Shown piece after piece: positions 13,378 to 24,570 of a stretch of DNA of 64,000 bases. This DNA is from Camelus dromedarius (lineage: Eukaryota), in the NCBI RefSeq assembly GCF_036321535.1, contig NC_087437.1:15130001-15194000 (forward strand), read 5' to 3'. Every line of letters begins with the position of its first letter. The stretch's first letter is position 1. Under the pieces are notes generated by a model. The model did no database searches and had not been told where the DNA came from. It worked only from the letters and a program-made list of their open reading frames with translations. Made by a program: the position numbers and the translations under genes.

Positions 13378-13490
13378 TGGGGTGACCAACTCATCCCAAC
13401 CTGCCCAGAACTTTTCCAGTTTTCAAACTGAAAATCCTGTGTCCCGGGAACCCCCTCAGTCATTGGCAAATTGAAACAGTTGGTCCCACT
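13378..13490 (+). mobile_element. MER81 (hAT-Blackjack) MITE
   Basis: GGGTGACCAAC...GTTGGTCCC terminal inverted repeats; internal ACTGAAAATCCTGTGTCCCGGGAACCCCCTCAGTC. Confidence 0.8.
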
Positions 13491-15751
13491 GGGAAGTAGA
13501 CACTACAGACAATTGTTTCTTGGAAACTTGGGGGCCTCTTAGGGAGCCAAGAGCAAACAGGGAAGCCTGGGGAAGAGCCTCCCCCAAGCAGACACTCAGT
13601 CAAGGCTTATAAACAAGTGAGGCCCAGGCAACTGCACCAACGCTCAGCTCCCTGCCACTTCCCTCAGCCGCACTGCAAATCCAAGGCAAAGCAGGGCAAC
13701 TTCAGAAGGGCCTGACGCGCAGGCAGGAATGACTTGTAAGACAGACCAAGAACGTGGTCAGTTTAATCCCATCCTGCAATCTCTCTGGTAGCCAACTGGG
13801 CAGGACAAGGGTGGCTCTGGAAGCCTGCTGGCCCCCCTCCCCTTCCCCTCCGCCACTACCCCTTTTCCCCAGGCCCACAGGGGTCTCACTGCATTCTCTG
13901 GCCAGCTCCTCTCCCGGAATGTTCCATGGGCTCCGCCCAGGAATTGTCTGCCATCCACACCCCACACCAGTCTCACTTACAGTTTCTAGATACCGTTCCC
14001 TCTGTGCCCAAAAAGCTGGCTGGGTGAATTAACCAGATAAACTAGCTCTGACTAGAGGTCTGCTGTGTTGTTTCCCAAACTTGTTATGTTCCACCTGGGA
14101 GTCACATTTGGGAGACGTGAGTTAGCCACAGCAGAGCTTCCTGGGGCATCAGTGTTACTCCAAGATTTGGGGGAAAATACAGCATATTATTTAGAAAAAC
14201 ATATATATTGTGGAGGAAACTATAAAATTCAGTTGATTTTAGGATAAAACATAAAATACCATGGAAATGTAATATTCACGGTTGGTCAAAACACATCTCC
14301 AAACCCTTCCTTCATCCCCTTGTCTTACCCCGTTTGGAAACCCGCTCACTCCCTTCTAGAATTCAGGGCATCTGGGTGGGGCAGCTTGACAAGCACTAGC
14401 TTACTACAGCCCTCTCTGGTACCAGCTGCCTTTTAACGGAGGCCTTCTGTGCTCCTAAGGGTGTTGGATGGAGCGGCCTTCAGAGCATAAAAAGTTACGG
14501 CAGATGTCTGGGTAAATAAAATGAAATTTGTCATCAAGGGCTTAAGTATACACTCAATCTCTAAGAAAGGGTTAGTCTGCCCACATTTCTAGAGGCAGGG
14601 GCACCAGTGCCAATGCTGACAAGATTGAGTGTCCCAAAGGTCACAAGCTCTGGGGTTACTGCCCGGGGCTGGAACCCTTCCCCCAAGCCAGAGCCTCCAT
14701 GGCATCTCCACCAACAAGGGAAACAAAGAAGCTAAGAAGACGGCTCTGGAAGAGGGCTGCTCACTGGAAGGTACCCTCCCATCCATCACCCCACAGTATA
14801 GCCTGAGACTCCTTGCTTTGGTTTCATCCTCTGCCCCTGATCAAATTTAAGCCATCCCAGGGAATCAAGAAGGACACACCCAGGGAATGAAGGTCCTCTA
14901 AACTGAGAGAGCTGGGATCGATCCAAGACAAGCCAGCCAGCCCACACCCTCCACTCTTGCCAGGTTTCGGAGCAGGTCTCCCATCACAGCTCAGACCCAA
15001 CTGGCCCTGCTCCTAATCTCATCTCAGTCGGCAATTTAACTATATGAAATGAGAATCTGAGAACCTGAAAGGACCTCAGAGATCTCTGGGCTCAGGCCCA
15101 GATATTCACAGATGAGAGAATCCAGAACTGAGAGGCATCTGTGTTTGTGGGAAGTAGGGGGCTGGGAGTGAGAGGACCCCGGTGGGAACTCCTGCTTTGC
15201 CGTGTACTGGATATGTGGTCTTGGACACGCCTCGATTTCAAGTGTGAAATGGAGATGCTGATACCTCCCTTGCAGGGCTGTCATTAAGAACAGAAAAAGT
15301 TCAGGAACATAGATTAAAAAATCAAGTTCAAGGGAAAGGACAACCATTCAGCTAAGGCCAGAACAAAAGCTGGAGCACATGAATACATAAGACCCCAACC
15401 AGTTACTAAAAGCAAACTTTCAGTCTATCCTTAAATCTTCCTAAAAGGCAGAGTAGAAGGGAAACTGAATGCGTTGTAAGATTTGGTAACCATACCACTG
15501 CAGAATAAAAATCAAGCTTTTACCCAATAGCAAGACTTGCTGCTAAGCTACACTAATCAAGACATTGTGGTATTGGCAGAGAGACATACACATACATCAG
15601 TGAAACAGGATAGAAAACGCAGAATGGACCCACACAAGTATGGCCAACTGATTTTCAACAAAAGTGCAAAAGTGATTCAATATAGAAAGGATAGTCTTTT
15701 CAACAAATGGTGCAGGAGCGATTGCATAACCACAAGCAAAGGCAGCAAACT

Positions 15752-15939
15752 TTTTTTTTTTTAACATTTTTTATTGATTTATAATCATTTTACAATGTTG
15801 TGTCAAATTCCAGTGTAGAGCACAATTTTTCAATTATACATGAACATATATATATTCATTGTCACATTCCTTTCTCTGTGAGCTACCATAAGATCTTGTG
15901 TATATTTCCCTGTGCTATACAGTATAATCTTGTTTATCT
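15752..15939 (-). mobile_element. Young lineage-specific L1 3' end (left member of an inverted pair)
   Basis: Poly(T) at 15751-15762, antisense L1 3' UTR, flanked by target-site copies AAAGGCAGCAAACT (15738) and AAAGACAGCAAACT (15941). Confidence 0.85.
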
Positions 15940-15957
15940 AAAAGACAGCAAACTTTG

Positions 15958-16110
15958 TGGTAGCTCACAGCGAAAAAAGAAATGGGACAATGAATATATG
16001 TATGTTCATGTATAACTGAAAAATTGTGCCCTACACTGGAATTTGACACAACATTGTAAAATGACTGTAACTCAATAAAAAAATGTTAAAAAATTAAAAA
16101 TTAAAAAAAA
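15958..16110 (+). mobile_element. Young lineage-specific L1 3' end (right member of an inverted pair)
   Basis: Same subfamily in sense orientation with AATAAA and an A-rich tail; flanked by AAAAGACAGCAAACTTTG (15940-15957) and AAAAGACAACAAACTTTG (16111-16128). Confidence 0.85.
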
Positions 16111-17808
16111 AAAAGACAACAAACTTTGACCTAAACCTCACACCTGTACAAAAATGAATTCAAAATGGATCATAGATTTAAATGTAAAATTACAACTCTT
16201 ATACAAGAAAACACAGGAGAACACCTTCCGGAGCCAGGATTTGGTGAAGGGTTTTTAGACATGACACCAAAAGCAGGATCGAGAAAATTAAAAATTGATC
16301 AATTGGACTTCCTCAGAATCGAAACCTTTTTCTCCACAAAAGATCCTATTAAGAGGCTGAAAAGATAAGCTATGGACTGGGAAAAAGTATGTATAAGCCA
16401 CATGCCCAACAAAGGACTTGTATCTTACATACACAAAGAATTCTCAAAACAGTAATTTAAAAATCCAACTAGAAAATTGACAAAATATACGACATATTTC
16501 AGTGAAGAGGATATACACATGGCAAATAAACACATAAAAAGATGTTCAACCTCACCAGCCGTTGGGGAAATGCAAATTAAGACCGTGATGAGATATCACC
16601 ACACATTTATTAGAATAGCCGAAATAAAAAGCAGTAACTACACCAATTGCTGGCAAGGATGTAAAGGAACTAATGTTATGGCACCTCTGGAAAACAGTTT
16701 GGCAGTTTCTTTTTAAAAATCAACGTGCAACTACCATATGACCTAGCAAATGAACTCCTGGGCATTTACTCCAGAGAAATGAGAATGTATGTCCACACAA
16801 AAACAGGTACATGACTGTTTATTGTAGCTTCATCTGTAATAGCCCCAAACTGGAAGCAACCCAAACGTCCCTCAGTAGGTGAATGGTTGGACAGATCACA
16901 ATACTCCCATGCCATGGACACAGTACACAGCCATCGAGAGGAATAAACTATTGATACACAGAACAACCTGGATGGGTCTCGAAGGCATTGAGCTCAATGG
17001 AAAAGAGCCAATCTCAAAAGGTCACATAGTGCATGACTCCACTTATACAATGTTCTCAAAATGACAAAAATACAGTGATAGAGAGCAGATTAGGGATAGT
17101 AGTAGGAAGGAAGTCTTTGTGGCGATGGGACAGTTCTCTTGAAGCGGTTGGGTGGTGGTTCCCTGAATCTGTGATCAGCACTCACATTGCAATGTCAATT
17201 TTCCTGCCTTTGGTATTCTACTGTAGTTAGGTAAGACGGAACTATTGGGAGGAACCAGGACCTCTTAAAACTATTTTTCCTAGGAATCTATAATTATTTC
17301 ACAGTAAATCATTCTTCCAATTGTTCTGTGGCAGCACAGGTCACAAATTCATCACCAGGATGCAAAATGAAAGCTAGGAAGGGCTCTGGGCACAGTCACA
17401 GGAGGAAAGGGTCTGAGTGACCTTTGACCCACCCGACTCCATCCCACCCATTTCCATTATTCTCCCTCCCCATTCCCTCAAACCATCCCTGAAACCTGTC
17501 CCCACAACACACATGCAAGCAGGGCATGTGATGGAGAGGGCTGGGCTGCACAGCAGTTAGGGGCCCTGACTCTAGAGGCTCACATTCCTGGCTCCTCAAC
17601 ACTCCACCCTTTCTGGCTGTATCCACCCCCAAAGATCAGCCTCACCAAGCCTTGTTTTCCTCATCAATAACAAGGTAACGGACAGTAACAGTATCCAGTT
17701 GATAGAGGTGTAATGTGGATCACACAGGGGTAAAATATTTCCACAGTTACCAGTACCTGCAGGCAGGCCTGTTGCTGCTAGCTACTCTTGCCATTTGGGG
17801 ACATTATT

Positions 17809-18148
17809 TTTTTTTAAGCTTTTATTTTTATTTTATTTATTTTTTTGTTGACGTATAGTCAGTTACAGTGGCAATTTCTGGTGTACAGCATAATGTCTCA
17901 GTCGCGTATATATATATGTATATTCATTTTCATATTCTTTTTCATTAAAGGTTATTACAAGATATTGAATAGAGTTCCCTGTGCTGTACAGAAGAAATTT
18001 GTTATTTATCTATTTTTATATATAGTGGTCAACATTTGCAAATCTCAGACTTCCAAATTTATCCCTTCCCGCCCCTTTTCCCCTGGTAACCATAAGATTG
18101 TTTACTATGTTTGTGAGTCTGTTTCTGTTTTGCGGATGAGTTCATTAT
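17809..18148 (-). mobile_element. 5'-truncated artiodactyl-type L1 3' end with a 10-bp TSD
   Basis: T-rich tail, antisense L1 3' UTR (GGTTATTACAAGATATTGAATAGAGTTCCCTGTGCT; CCCTGGTAACCATAAG), TSD GGACATTATT at 17799-17808 and 18149-18158. Confidence 0.88.
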
Positions 18149-20718
18149 GGACATTATTATTATTAACTGTAGTTTCTCTTAACTATTAACTTCGACTCAT
18201 AAAATGTAATTGGCAGAGTAACAGATCTTAAATGACGTTTGAACGTGCAGTCCTATGTGTTGAGGCAAGAACTGACCTCACGATGATGCCAATCCCAGAG
18301 AGCCCAGCATGGCTTACAAAGCCCCCTTCTTACGCCTCATTCCGGGGAATCCTTAGGAAGCCTGCCGTCCATGGGGAACTGTTCATATTACCCGTTTTTT
18401 CACTTAAGGACCCTGAGGCTCAGGAAAGGCAAGAAATGCTTCCCTGTATCACAGAGTTAGCAAGAGGCTGGCATGGGACTTGGATCTCAGTCCCATGGTT
18501 GCATCCCCTTTCCCTAAATCATATGGTACGTGGGGTTTTGCAGGAATGTCATTAAGCAATCAGTTAAGTTTGTCCCAACAACAAGGAACCTGGAAAAATG
18601 GTGGGTCCTCAGGTTGGGTGGCCCCTGTTCCTCCTCACATTGTAAGACATGTATAGTCTGTACCCAACTAGAAGGGGAGGGTGCAGAGCAGCCAGGGAAC
18701 CTCCCATTGGGAGGAGGAAACCTCTCATCAAATAGCAAAGCCCCCAAAAGCCAGCACCACCTGCTGGAAGAAGAGGCTTCAGGGAGTTTAACTAATGGAA
18801 TTCCAGTCCTCAGATTTGCCTTGAGATAGTCAATCTCCTACCTGGTTTCGGGCTGATAAGCAAAACTAATTGTAAGTTGCTCCTAACCCTGGTCCTAGAA
18901 TTACTACGGATCAACAGAGGTAATGATGAAAAGAATCTGGTTTTTAGACTCAAGAAAAAGTCTCAACTCGTGTGAGCCTTCAGGAGGCCAACTGGCGTGG
19001 GCCCAGGCCTCAGGCATGTGTGGCTAAATCATCAGCATGTGATAAATTATCTTATTTTTATAGATCTTCAAAGAAACTGCTGCCATAAACTCATTTATTT
19101 TAGGGACTCAGGGCAGGTCTGAATGGATCAATCTCACCTGGGGTTGCCCTCGCTGTCAGCTGCCCCTCCTGCCCCCAACCCCAAGAATGGTGAAAACGGA
19201 AGGAGCTGCCCCACCCTCGCTCCATCCTGAGACTTTCTCTCTTCAGACCACCCAACAGTTGCTCCTACCTTTTGCTCCCAATTCCAGACAAACACCAAAT
19301 TTTTAACAGCTCTCTGCTGAAACTTCCCTAAGCTCTCTTAAATGGTGGGACCAGAACCACACACAGTGTTCTTAGCAGGGTCTGGCCAAGGGTGAGGAGA
19401 TTTGAAGATTATTTTAAACTATCTCAAAATTTCTGTCTTATTTCTATCCAATCATAGAATCAATTCAGCCTTTGCTTACTGAGGTGTGGGGAAAGAGCAG
19501 AAGCAGGAGTGGCGATCCCAGCTCTACTGCTAATAATCTGAGTAAGTACATAGGTGGGCTGCACTGTGACATCCAGATCCCTTTCTTTTGGACACACATA
19601 ACCAGCCCACAGAGACCCCCATTTTTCCTTTGTGTGATCTGGGTTCCCCTTAACTGCACCACTGCAGGCTTTACCTAGCCCCATCTGATGGCATGGTTGT
19701 GGGAAATAGCTTTTCTGCACCATAATCACCTGCCTTGACTCCAAGGAGCCCTGACATGAGCTCAACAACCTCCCACATCCTCACCACAGGGAGAACATTA
19801 GGCAACAAAACCCGAGTGTGGACTCAACCAGTCGGGTCCTCCTGGACCTGTGAGGGGATGGAAAGCAGTCCTGACCCCGTGGGAGGAAAGCATCCTCAAC
19901 ATACAGCTGCCTACCCCATCTTTTCTTCACCAACTCCCCATACCCTGCCACACAAGAGGCACCTGCCTAGACTTTACTGAATCTACTGTGAGGGCCCGCT
20001 GCCTTTCGGGGTCCAGTTCTGGACCAGGAAGGCTGGTCCCAGCGCTGCAGGGATGGTTGCCAGCCTCCGGGGAATTCTCAACATTGCAGGTGGCAGCGTG
20101 TCCAAGTAGCAAAGCCCACGCGATGCTGCCCTTGGGGAAGACAAAAGCCTGGGGAAGGAGAACAGCCCTTCTGGCACCTACCCAGGATGAGATGGGCTCT
20201 AATCTCCTTCATCTGGGAGGGACCACAGCCCGTCCGCTAAAGGGCGCCAGACCAGGCGTCCCCAAGCCCACTCCCTTAACGAAGTTAACTGCCCACAGCA
20301 GACCAAAAAAGGTGCCCGCCAGATGTTCTTTTTCAATCAAAGAATAGGACTCGGCTAGTGCCAGAACTATCTGAATAGAGTTGGCCCAGTAAGCAGGTAC
20401 TTTCATCGCTCTGTTTATTCCCCTGACACGGGCGTGTGAACGCGCGCACACAGTCGCGCACGCACAGACACACACAAGCACACATGCACATACACAGGCA
20501 CTCGCACACGCCCAGCACGCGCTTGCCTGTCCAAGCACCCCTCTCCCGCGGTGCGGGGCCGGCGGGGACGCGTCCTGGAGCGCCGCACCGACGGACGGAC
20601 CGCAAGGGTGGAAGCCCGCGCCCCCAGCGCTTCTTGAGCACCCTCAGCAGACGCCGGGGCTCCTCCGAAGGTGAGCCCGGAGCGACTCCTGCCCAGATGG
20701 CCCGGGTTCTCCGCTCAC

Positions 20719-20817
20719 CTTAATGTTGCTGAAGATAGAGCGGGGACAGCGGCCGGCTCGGTCCGCAGAGGCGCCGCCGCTGCCCTGGCGCTCGCTGGAC
20801 TCGGGCAGTAGCCCCAT
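20719..20817 (-). CDS. SLCO2A1: SLCO2A1 (prostaglandin transporter OATP2A1/PGT) coding exon 1, 33 codons, phase-0 donor
   Basis: Manual minus-strand translation gives MGLLPESSERQGSGGASADRAGRCPRSIFSNIK, matching the recalled human N-terminus [32 protein letters not shown]. Strong Kozak context (gccaccaccATGG). Ends AAG|GTGAG at the same point where human exon 1 ends (after NIK). Lies in a CpG island. Confidence 0.95.
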
Positions 20818-20940
20818 GGTGGTGGCGGCAGCGCGGGGCAGGAGGCTAGGCGAGCGGGGCCGGGGCGCTTGGCTGGGCGGGCAGCCGGCGGGTGGCGGGC
20901 GCAGCGGCGGTGGCTGGAGGAGGCACGCAGCGCGGAGTCT
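20818..20940 (-). other. SLCO2A1: Predicted 5' UTR part of SLCO2A1 exon 1
   Basis: Interval between the Inr-like TCAGACT (A at 20940, 32 nt downstream of the first T of TATAAAA) and the ATG at 20817. The TSS is inferred, not observed. Confidence 0.65.
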
Positions 20941-20965
20941 GAGCGCGAGGGTGCGCGCCCAGAAG

Positions 20966-20972
20966 TTTTATA
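20966..20972 (-). promoter_or_regulatory. TATA box (TATAAAA) of the SLCO2A1 promoter
   Basis: Plus strand TTTTATA is the only AT-rich word in a very GC-rich stretch, about 30 nt upstream of an Inr-consensus TCAGACT (20942-20936). Confidence 0.8.
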
Positions 20973-22589
20973 AGTGGCCGCCGCCGCCGCCGCCGATGAT
21001 GAAACGCGGGCTCCCTCCTCCCTCTTTTCCTCGGGTGTCAAGGGCGCTGCGAGCCCCCGCCCCGCCGTCACCGCCGCCGCCACCGCCGCCCCCTCAGACA
21101 GGTGTGACGCTGCGGCCCGCCGCGCTTGACCTCGTTCCGGCCGGGGTAGTCTCCGCGCCCGCACCCCGCTGGGACCTGCAGGGCTCGACCGCCGCGGGAG
21201 AAGGTCCCGCCCGCTGGAGGGTGGGGGCGGGGGGTGGCGGGCCCGGGGAGGGGACGGCCTGTGGGAGGGGGCGGTCTGTGGGAGGGGGCGGGAGGGGGCG
21301 GGAGACTGAGGAGCAAAGGGGCGCCAGAGGCGCCGGCGGGGCGGGGTGGCTGCAGCGTGTCGGGAGACTCGAGGGGACCGGAGCAGGGATCGGCACAGGG
21401 CTTCGGCTGCGGGAGCAATAGGGAGGGGAGCGAGGGACGCTGGAGGGGCCAACGGGAGCCCGGAGGGTTGAAGAAGAACCGACGATTCTGAAGGGAAGGG
21501 GAGCCTCCGCGCCCCTCCCGACGCGCCCTGGGAGATTTACGGAGCCGGTCTCTGCTTGTTTGCACTCGCCGAAAACCTGGGCTCTCAGTTCCGGTGATGG
21601 CTTTGAGACTCGAGGAGGCTCTGTGTCGAGGACTGATTTATATTTAAACTGCTCTTTGCGCTGGAGAGGGGCTGGGTAACAAAGGTGGAGAGGTGGGGGC
21701 CGCCCGGGGCTGGGTCTGAACTCTCTGGACCAGAGCCAAGGTAAACTGGAGGTGCTGTCAAGTGTCAGCGTGGCTGGGTCTGGCCTGGAGTGTTGTGGTG
21801 GGGAGGAAGGGGGAGAGGAAAGAGGGGGAGGGAGGCCCCCGTGAAAAAACGGGATCTACCCCTACCCCCGCCTCCCACCCCACTGATCTGATCTCCTTCT
21901 CAGGGCTGGAATAGAATAGCCACTTAATTTTTTTCCCCAAGATTTTTTTCCACCAGGATTCGTAGTGCAGAAAAGAGAAGGAAGGTGAGACTTTTGAGAG
22001 AAGGATAAAAACTTTCTGCCAAAAGCAGTTGCAATAAGAAATCCAGTTCTGGACATAGTTTTCCATCTCCCTAATTCCTGCAATTCCCTGCAGAGCCAAC
22101 CGCTGCAAGCCCCCGCCCCTCTGCTATTCCCAGGAAAAGATGCCCCTCCATACTCAGGAAGATTTGGCTAAGACGGGGCCACAAAACAGATGGACCACGT
22201 AGGTTTCTTATTTCTACCCATGGTGTGATGCCTTTCCAGGCCTATGCTGGGCTGTCCAGGGGCTTCTCCTTTCTACCTGTGTCCAAGGAGTCTTAACAGC
22301 ATGCAGTGCTGGAGGAAAAGCCATTGGACACTGGGTGGCCTTAGGCCGCTCCACCCACCCACAGAGCAAGGGGCATCCAGAGAGGCTTTCCAGAGCCCTG
22401 TAGCAGCCACAAATCTTGAGTAGGCGTGCAACTGCAGGCACCAGTGTGCCATCTTAGAGGACTTACACACAAGGGTGGCTGCCCCCGCAGAGCACGCGGT
22501 GCGCGCTGGGCACTAGGCTGTAACAGCCATGGCGGGTCGTGCCAGGCAGTCTGCTGCAACGCGCATGCGTGATTCCACAGAACCCCAGT

Positions 22590-22735
22590 GTTAGCCCAAC
22601 AGTTATAGGCACTATTACAATATGGATTTTACAGATGATGATGAAGTCAACCAAAAACAGCGACTGAAAGCCACACAGCTAGTAAGTGATGGAGCTGGAA
22701 CACGAACCCAGCTTCACCTGACTCCAAAGCCCAAA
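22590..22735 (-). mobile_element. MIR SINE fragment
   Basis: ATTTTACAGATGATGA..AAGCCACACAGCTAGTAAGTGATGGAGCTGG..GAACCCAG..TGACTCCAAAGCCC is the MIR core. Confidence 0.75.
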
Positions 22736-23089
22736 TTTGCAGCCCTGTGCTCTTTGAAAAGTTATCTATTCCAGCAGCCTCATTTCACAAGTGAAACTAA
22801 GTAGAGACCAGAGAAGACCCAGGCCAAGGTCATGGTCACATTAGAGCCACTGTGACTGGAGCCTCCCTCAAACTCTGCATGACGCCTGGCTGTGGTCCTC
22901 TGATAGAACCCCAGGGAGGATCAGCCTCTCCAGCCCTCACCTTGTCCTGCCCCATGAACCTTGCCCAGTGTCAGGACCAGTATCATCTTTAAAGGAAAGG
23001 CCTATTCACAAATGCTCACAGATGGTTATCTACCATCCTCTGCCTTTTCTAGGGGCAGTTCAGCTAAATGCAATGGAGGATCAACCAAA

Positions 23090-23420
23090 GCTGGGGCTTT
23101 AATGAGACTTAACTTGTCTTTTTATAGTAAGAAGCCTGCTAGTCGGTAGTGCAGGTGTCAGGACCTAGGTCCCTTCAGGATTCCTTAGTGTGTGGCTCTG
23201 GTCCTCATGGCTGGCTCTTCATCACAAGATGGCTACTCCGCCGCCAGCCTCCTCTCCTAATTCCAGGGGGGGAGTGGAAGACAGGAAACAGGAAGCGCCA
23301 TGCTCACATTAGGGAAGCAGATCTCTCCCGTGCATGCTCAGCAACTTTTCCTTGAGCCTTGTTGGCCCAAACTGGGTCACCGGGCTACCCTCCATGAAGG
23401 AGGCTAAGAAGTGGAGTTAA
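23090..23420 (-). mobile_element. Old MaLR LTR fragment (MLT1J/K-like)
   Basis: TCACAAGATGGCT.., TTGGCCCAAACTGGGTCAC..CTACCCT..GGAGGCT resemble old MLT1 LTRs. Confidence 0.45.
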
Positions 23421-23519
23421 CCCTCTGGCTGCTCCCTCTCACTGTCTGCACGTAGAGTAACCCATTTCGGGGAAAGAGCACCCCCACAATCTGTTTCCAA
23501 GACTCTCCCCAGATCCTTT

Positions 23520-24570
23520 GATTTCAACAAATGTTTCTCAGCACCCTAGAAAAACAAAGCACCAGGACAGCCCCTGACTTCAAAGACTCTATGGTCTCAA
23601 AGTCTTCAAAGACTCTATGGGGAGCTAGGAGACAAAGTGTCGGTGTGCTATTGTGCGTGCCTGTTATGGGAACACAGAAGAGGGGTCCCAACTTATCCTG
23701 GGGCAGCAGGAAGACCTCCTGGAGGAGGTGAGTTTTAAAGTGAGCCCTAGGACCTAGAAGGATTAGAAGGATTAGGGTAAAAGAGGGTAAATCTGCTCCA
23801 ATTTCATTCTGGCTGGAGCATAAGACCTGGGGACAGTGGGAAGGTCTGCGGTGAAGAAATTGGAATACTGAGTAGCACGCAAAGTGTAGGTCTTATCCCC
23901 AACATAATGGAGAGCCTTTAAAGGCTTCCGAACAGAGGGTGACCTGGGCCGGTTTGTATTTTATGTGGGCCTCTCTGGCAGCTGGGCCAGAGTACAGGGG
24001 GGCAGTCGGGGGAAGGAATCCCAGGAGCTCTGCGGCAGTGAGGATGGTTCTGGGGAGGAGAGGAAGGCCCAAGAGACATTGAAAGGAAATGGCCTCCCAG
24101 TGTCAGTGGGGGAGATGTTAGGGATGACTCCCAGGGTCTAACTTGGGCAACCTGCATTGGTGACGCCAACTACTGGCTGAGGGGACCCAGGGAACGCAGT
24201 GAGTCCCCCTAGGTGCATTCTGAGTTCAGACTACCTAGAGCACATGCAGGCAGCGCATCCAGCAGGCAGATTAGTGTCGGGGATCCAGTTCAGGGCAGAT
24301 GCTGGGCTGGAGATCGGGGCTCCAACCTCTTACATGAAGGCAATGGGTAAGCCTCGAGAACGGAGGAATGTCCCAACAAGAATGAGTTGGAGAAGTTGGT
24401 CCAGGACCAGCCACAACAACACCCAGGTGGCACAGGGCTTGGAGCCAACAGAAGAGACAGAGGGGAAGAGTCCAGCGCGGAGGGAAGTAATCCCGGGAGT
24501 GGGTGTCGATAGAGCCCAGGGCAGTGTTTCAAGGAGGAGGTCAGAAGCACCCTAGGATACTGAGGAAGGC
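23520..24570 (-). mobile_element. LINE-2 fragment
   Basis: Starts TTCAACAAATGTTTCTCAGCACC (antisense L2 tail); GGAAGACCTCCTGGAGGAGGTGA and GGATGACTCCCAGG are L2 words. Confidence 0.65.

Larger units (their letters stand above)
15530..17310 (+). mobile_element. Old L1 (L1ME/L1MD-type) ORF2 C-terminal remnant plus 3' UTR, interrupted at 15752-16110
   Basis: Broken frames resemble L1 ORF2p (DPHKYGQLIFNKSAK..KDSLFNKWC; FSEEDIHMANKHIKRCSTS..EMQIKTVMRYH) with many stops and frameshifts; ends GAATCTATAATTATTTCA. Confidence 0.9.
1..20718 (-). other. SLCO2A1: SLCO2A1 intron 1 (continues beyond the left edge)
   Basis: Begins GTGAG at 20718 on the minus strand. No sequence encoding the expected exon 2 peptide ([23 protein letters not shown]...) was seen. 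Human intron 1 is known to be long. Confidence 0.8.
20420..21600. promoter_or_regulatory. CpG island over the SLCO2A1 promoter, exon 1 and start of intron 1, with several GC boxes (GGGGCGG) at about 21224-21345
   Basis: Very high GC and dense CpG compared with the CpG-depleted flanks; repeated GGGGCGG(G) Sp1/KLF-type words. Confidence 0.92.

Noticed and set aside
15537..16716. ORFs resembling reverse-transcriptase protein C-terminus
   Set aside because: Frameshifted, stop-ridden remnants of L1 ORF2, not a functional gene.
1..20718. SLCO2A1 exon 2 or further coding exons
   Set aside because: The expected peptide ([15 protein letters not shown]...) was not found by eye or in the ORF track; presumably left of the window.
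20723..21421. 232-aa plus-strand ORF and the overlapping 245-aa and 165-aa minus-strand ORFs in the CpG island
   Set aside because: Low-complexity Pro/Gly/Arg/Ala frames expected from stop-poor GC-rich DNA. The real coding exon is the short minus-strand frame 20817-20719.
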